35,176 nt of DNA, taken from contig NW_005434667.1 of assembly GCF_000315625.1 (NCBI RefSeq), positions 136,174-171,349 on the forward strand, written 5' to 3'. Made by a program: the position numbers and the translations under genes. The notes beneath the pieces are model-generated. The model saw nothing but the letters and a program-made list of their open reading frames with translations, had not been told where the DNA came from and did not search any database. The stretch's first letter is position 1; each line of letters opens with the position of its first letter. Of this stretch, positions 32,988 through 35,176 are shown one piece after another. This DNA comes from Guillardia theta CCMP2712 (taxonomy: Eukaryota; Protista; Cryptophyta).

Positions 32988-35176
32988 ATGTCGATGATGG
33001 AAGGGGTTCGCAGCAACACAGCATTGCTGCTGCTTCTCGCATGCCTCCCACTGACCTGCTCCTTCGCCCCTCCCTCCTCGCTCGGGATCCGCAAGGGAAA
33101 GTTGTTCAAGCATGAGGTGAGATTCAAGGTATGTTCATGAGAGTATCAACGTGTCTACAGGTATCAAGAAGGAAGAACCTTGCGTTGTCTTGCTCCTCCG
33201 TGGCTCAAGATCATGATTCCGTCATAGCCTCCGAGAGGGCGTACATAACAGGAGTGTTCCAACCGGCCTTGCTCAGCATCAAGAACGGGCGCATCGAGTC
33301 CATCAACAAGACTTCATGCTTGGAGATCGAGCGGCTGCGCAAGGCTGGTGCATCGGAGGGAACCCTCGTCCTCCAGCCCAACCAACTTCTTCTTCCCGCC
33401 ATGGTCAACGGGCACACTCACCTTGCCATGGGCGCCTTCCGCGGCATCACCGACGCTGAGTCGTTCAAGGGCAACGTGGTCGAGGATCTCTTCTTCAAGC
33501 TTGAGGGGTGAAGGAGGAAGAGGAGGAGAAGAAGGAGAAGGGGGAGAAGGAGGAGGAGGAGGAGGAGGAGGAGGAGGAGGAGGAGGAGGAGGAGGGCGTT
33601 GAAGCAAGAGCAGAAGGAGAGGACGAGGAAGAGGTGGTGGCGGTGGATGGGACTGAATCGTCCGCAGAGCTCTCACGGAGGACGACGTCCGAGCCTTCAC
33701 TCGCATGGGCTGCTGGGAAAGCATGCTGGCGGGTGTGGGAGCAGCGTGGGAGCACTACTACTTCGGGGAGGCGCTTGCTTCGTACGCCTGCTCTCCCTCC
33801 CTCCTTCCTCCTTACATGCTTGCAGAGCCTTTGCAGACACAGGGTTCAGTGGTGTGATAGCGCCGACAATACAGGCAAGCGTGAAGGAAAGGACGAGCAT
33901 GCAGCTGACTGTCCTGAAGGATCTCAGTGGTCCAGGGACTGTCTTGAAGGGATGCGACTGGGAGGCAGCCATCGAAACAACGATCAGAATGCACAGGGTA
34001 TGTCTGTCCTACATGTGCCCTTGCCCCCTGTCCTGCCTGTTGGTGTGCGTGCGAGGAGTTGTCGTTGCTGTGCGCTGGAAACCCTTGGGATGACCGGAAG
34101 GGGCAGGACGAGAGCTTACAGAGGAAGGGAATCTTCGCAGCCCTCGGTCCGCATGCTACCGATACCATCAGCCCGTCACTGTGGAGGAAGGTCTTTATGC
34201 TGCCAAATCCTCACCTGCCGACTTCTGACGCTGCGCAAGATCGCAAGCACCGCTCAGCAGGAGCAGCTCCCTATGCACTCGCACGTCGCACAGTCCATCG
34301 AGGTTGCCCTGCCACCTCCATGCTCCTGCTCCCTCCTTCAGCTCCCCTCCTCTTCTACCTCCCCTCCTCCTCCCAACTCCTCATCCTCCTTTTGATCCTC
34401 CTCCTCTTGCTCCTCCTCCTCCTCACCTCCTCCTCCTCCTCCTCACCTCCTCCTCCTCCTCCTCACCTCCTCCTCCTCCTCACCTCCTCCTCCTCCCTCC
34501 TCCTCATTCCCCATTACCACCTCTCCCCGAGCTCCCAGCTCCCAGCTCGACATTCCCTCGCGCTCTTCTTCGCTCACAGCCCCTCGTGCTCCAGGAGTAC
34601 AGGAGGTGCATCGATCGCCACGGGTGCTCCCCGTCAAGTTTCTGCAGCAGCAGGGGTCCTCGACGCAGATGTCTCCATGCTCCTCGTCCACAGCATGTTT
34701 GTCTCCTCCCGTGACCTCGCGTTCCTGGACCCAGGGAGGCACATGCTGGTGATGCGATCGTTAGCTCACGTCTGCCTGCTGCTTCTGAGCTCCTCCTCAG
34801 GGGCTCTGCCCTGCCTCTGCCGTACAGTTCGGCTTCCCCTGCAACTTTCAGGTCATAAGACGACAGGAGGAGTAGAAATGTGGAGGAGGTGGTGGAGAAA
34901 TATGAGGAGGAGGTGGTGGTGGTGGTAGAGGCGTGAAGTTGGGCCAGGCGTGGGATGCTGCTGGCTTCAAGATCGCCCTGGGGACAGACGCTGCCTGCTC
35001 CAACGACGGCATGAACGTGCAGCAGGAGATGAGGCTGCTAGCAGGAGGGGGCGTCTTCGGCGTCATGTCGTCCCCTGAGATGCAGAAGTTCGAGAAGAGG
35101 GAGGGAGGCGAGGAAAGCTGTCCAGCAGGCGCGTCAGCGGCTCTTCGATGGGAGCTCGATGAGCAGGTTGAACTCC
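32988..35176 (+). CDS. Plastid-targeted metal-dependent amidohydrolase (MTA/SAH deaminase / SsnA / ATZ-TRZ-like, COG0402), 3'-truncated, with apparent frameshifts near 34630-34656
   Basis: MSMMEGVRSNTALLLLLACLPLTCS-FAPP bipartite presequence. Motifs LLPAMVNGHTH, LGPHATDT, MHSHVAQS, LLVHSMFV, GLCPAS and IALGTDAACSNDGMNVQQEMR. Confidence 0.85.

Noticed and set aside
1-35176. tRNA, rRNA, intact transposon or prokaryotic operon
   Set aside because: No recognisable RNA-gene motifs, transposase/RT motifs, TIRs or LTRs seen by eye; not excluded computationally.

Overview
Gene-dense, intron-rich eukaryotic nuclear DNA. Most likely a cryptophyte alga (Guillardia/Hanusia-like); this is an inference from ~30-60 nt introns, GC-AG donors, bipartite signal+'F' plastid presequences and GGA/GCAGGA microsatellite-filled introns. 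Most ORF-track entries are artefacts of simple repeats or unspliced exons. Splicing by hand gives about 11 genes, in order: the 3' end of a disordered protein (+); a ~700-800 aa secreted or membrane-anchored protein with an unrecognised internal repeat (-); a plastid-targeted calcineurin-like metallophosphoesterase (+); a small hypothetical protein (-); a plastid-targeted TPR protein with an acidic tail (+); a PlsC/LPAAT acyltransferase (-); NIPSNAP (+); a two-EF-hand protein (-); a small mitochondrial orphan (+); a >2,000 aa multi-exon gene joining HEAT repeats, a copine-type C2 domain, a PA-like domain and a split-exon BIR zinc finger (-); and a truncated plastid-targeted amidohydrolase with an HxxQ variant motif (+). 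The most striking items are the HEAT-C2-PA-BIR protein, whose BIR core is not visible in the ORF track, and the repeat-built secreted protein. All exon boundaries are manual predictions.
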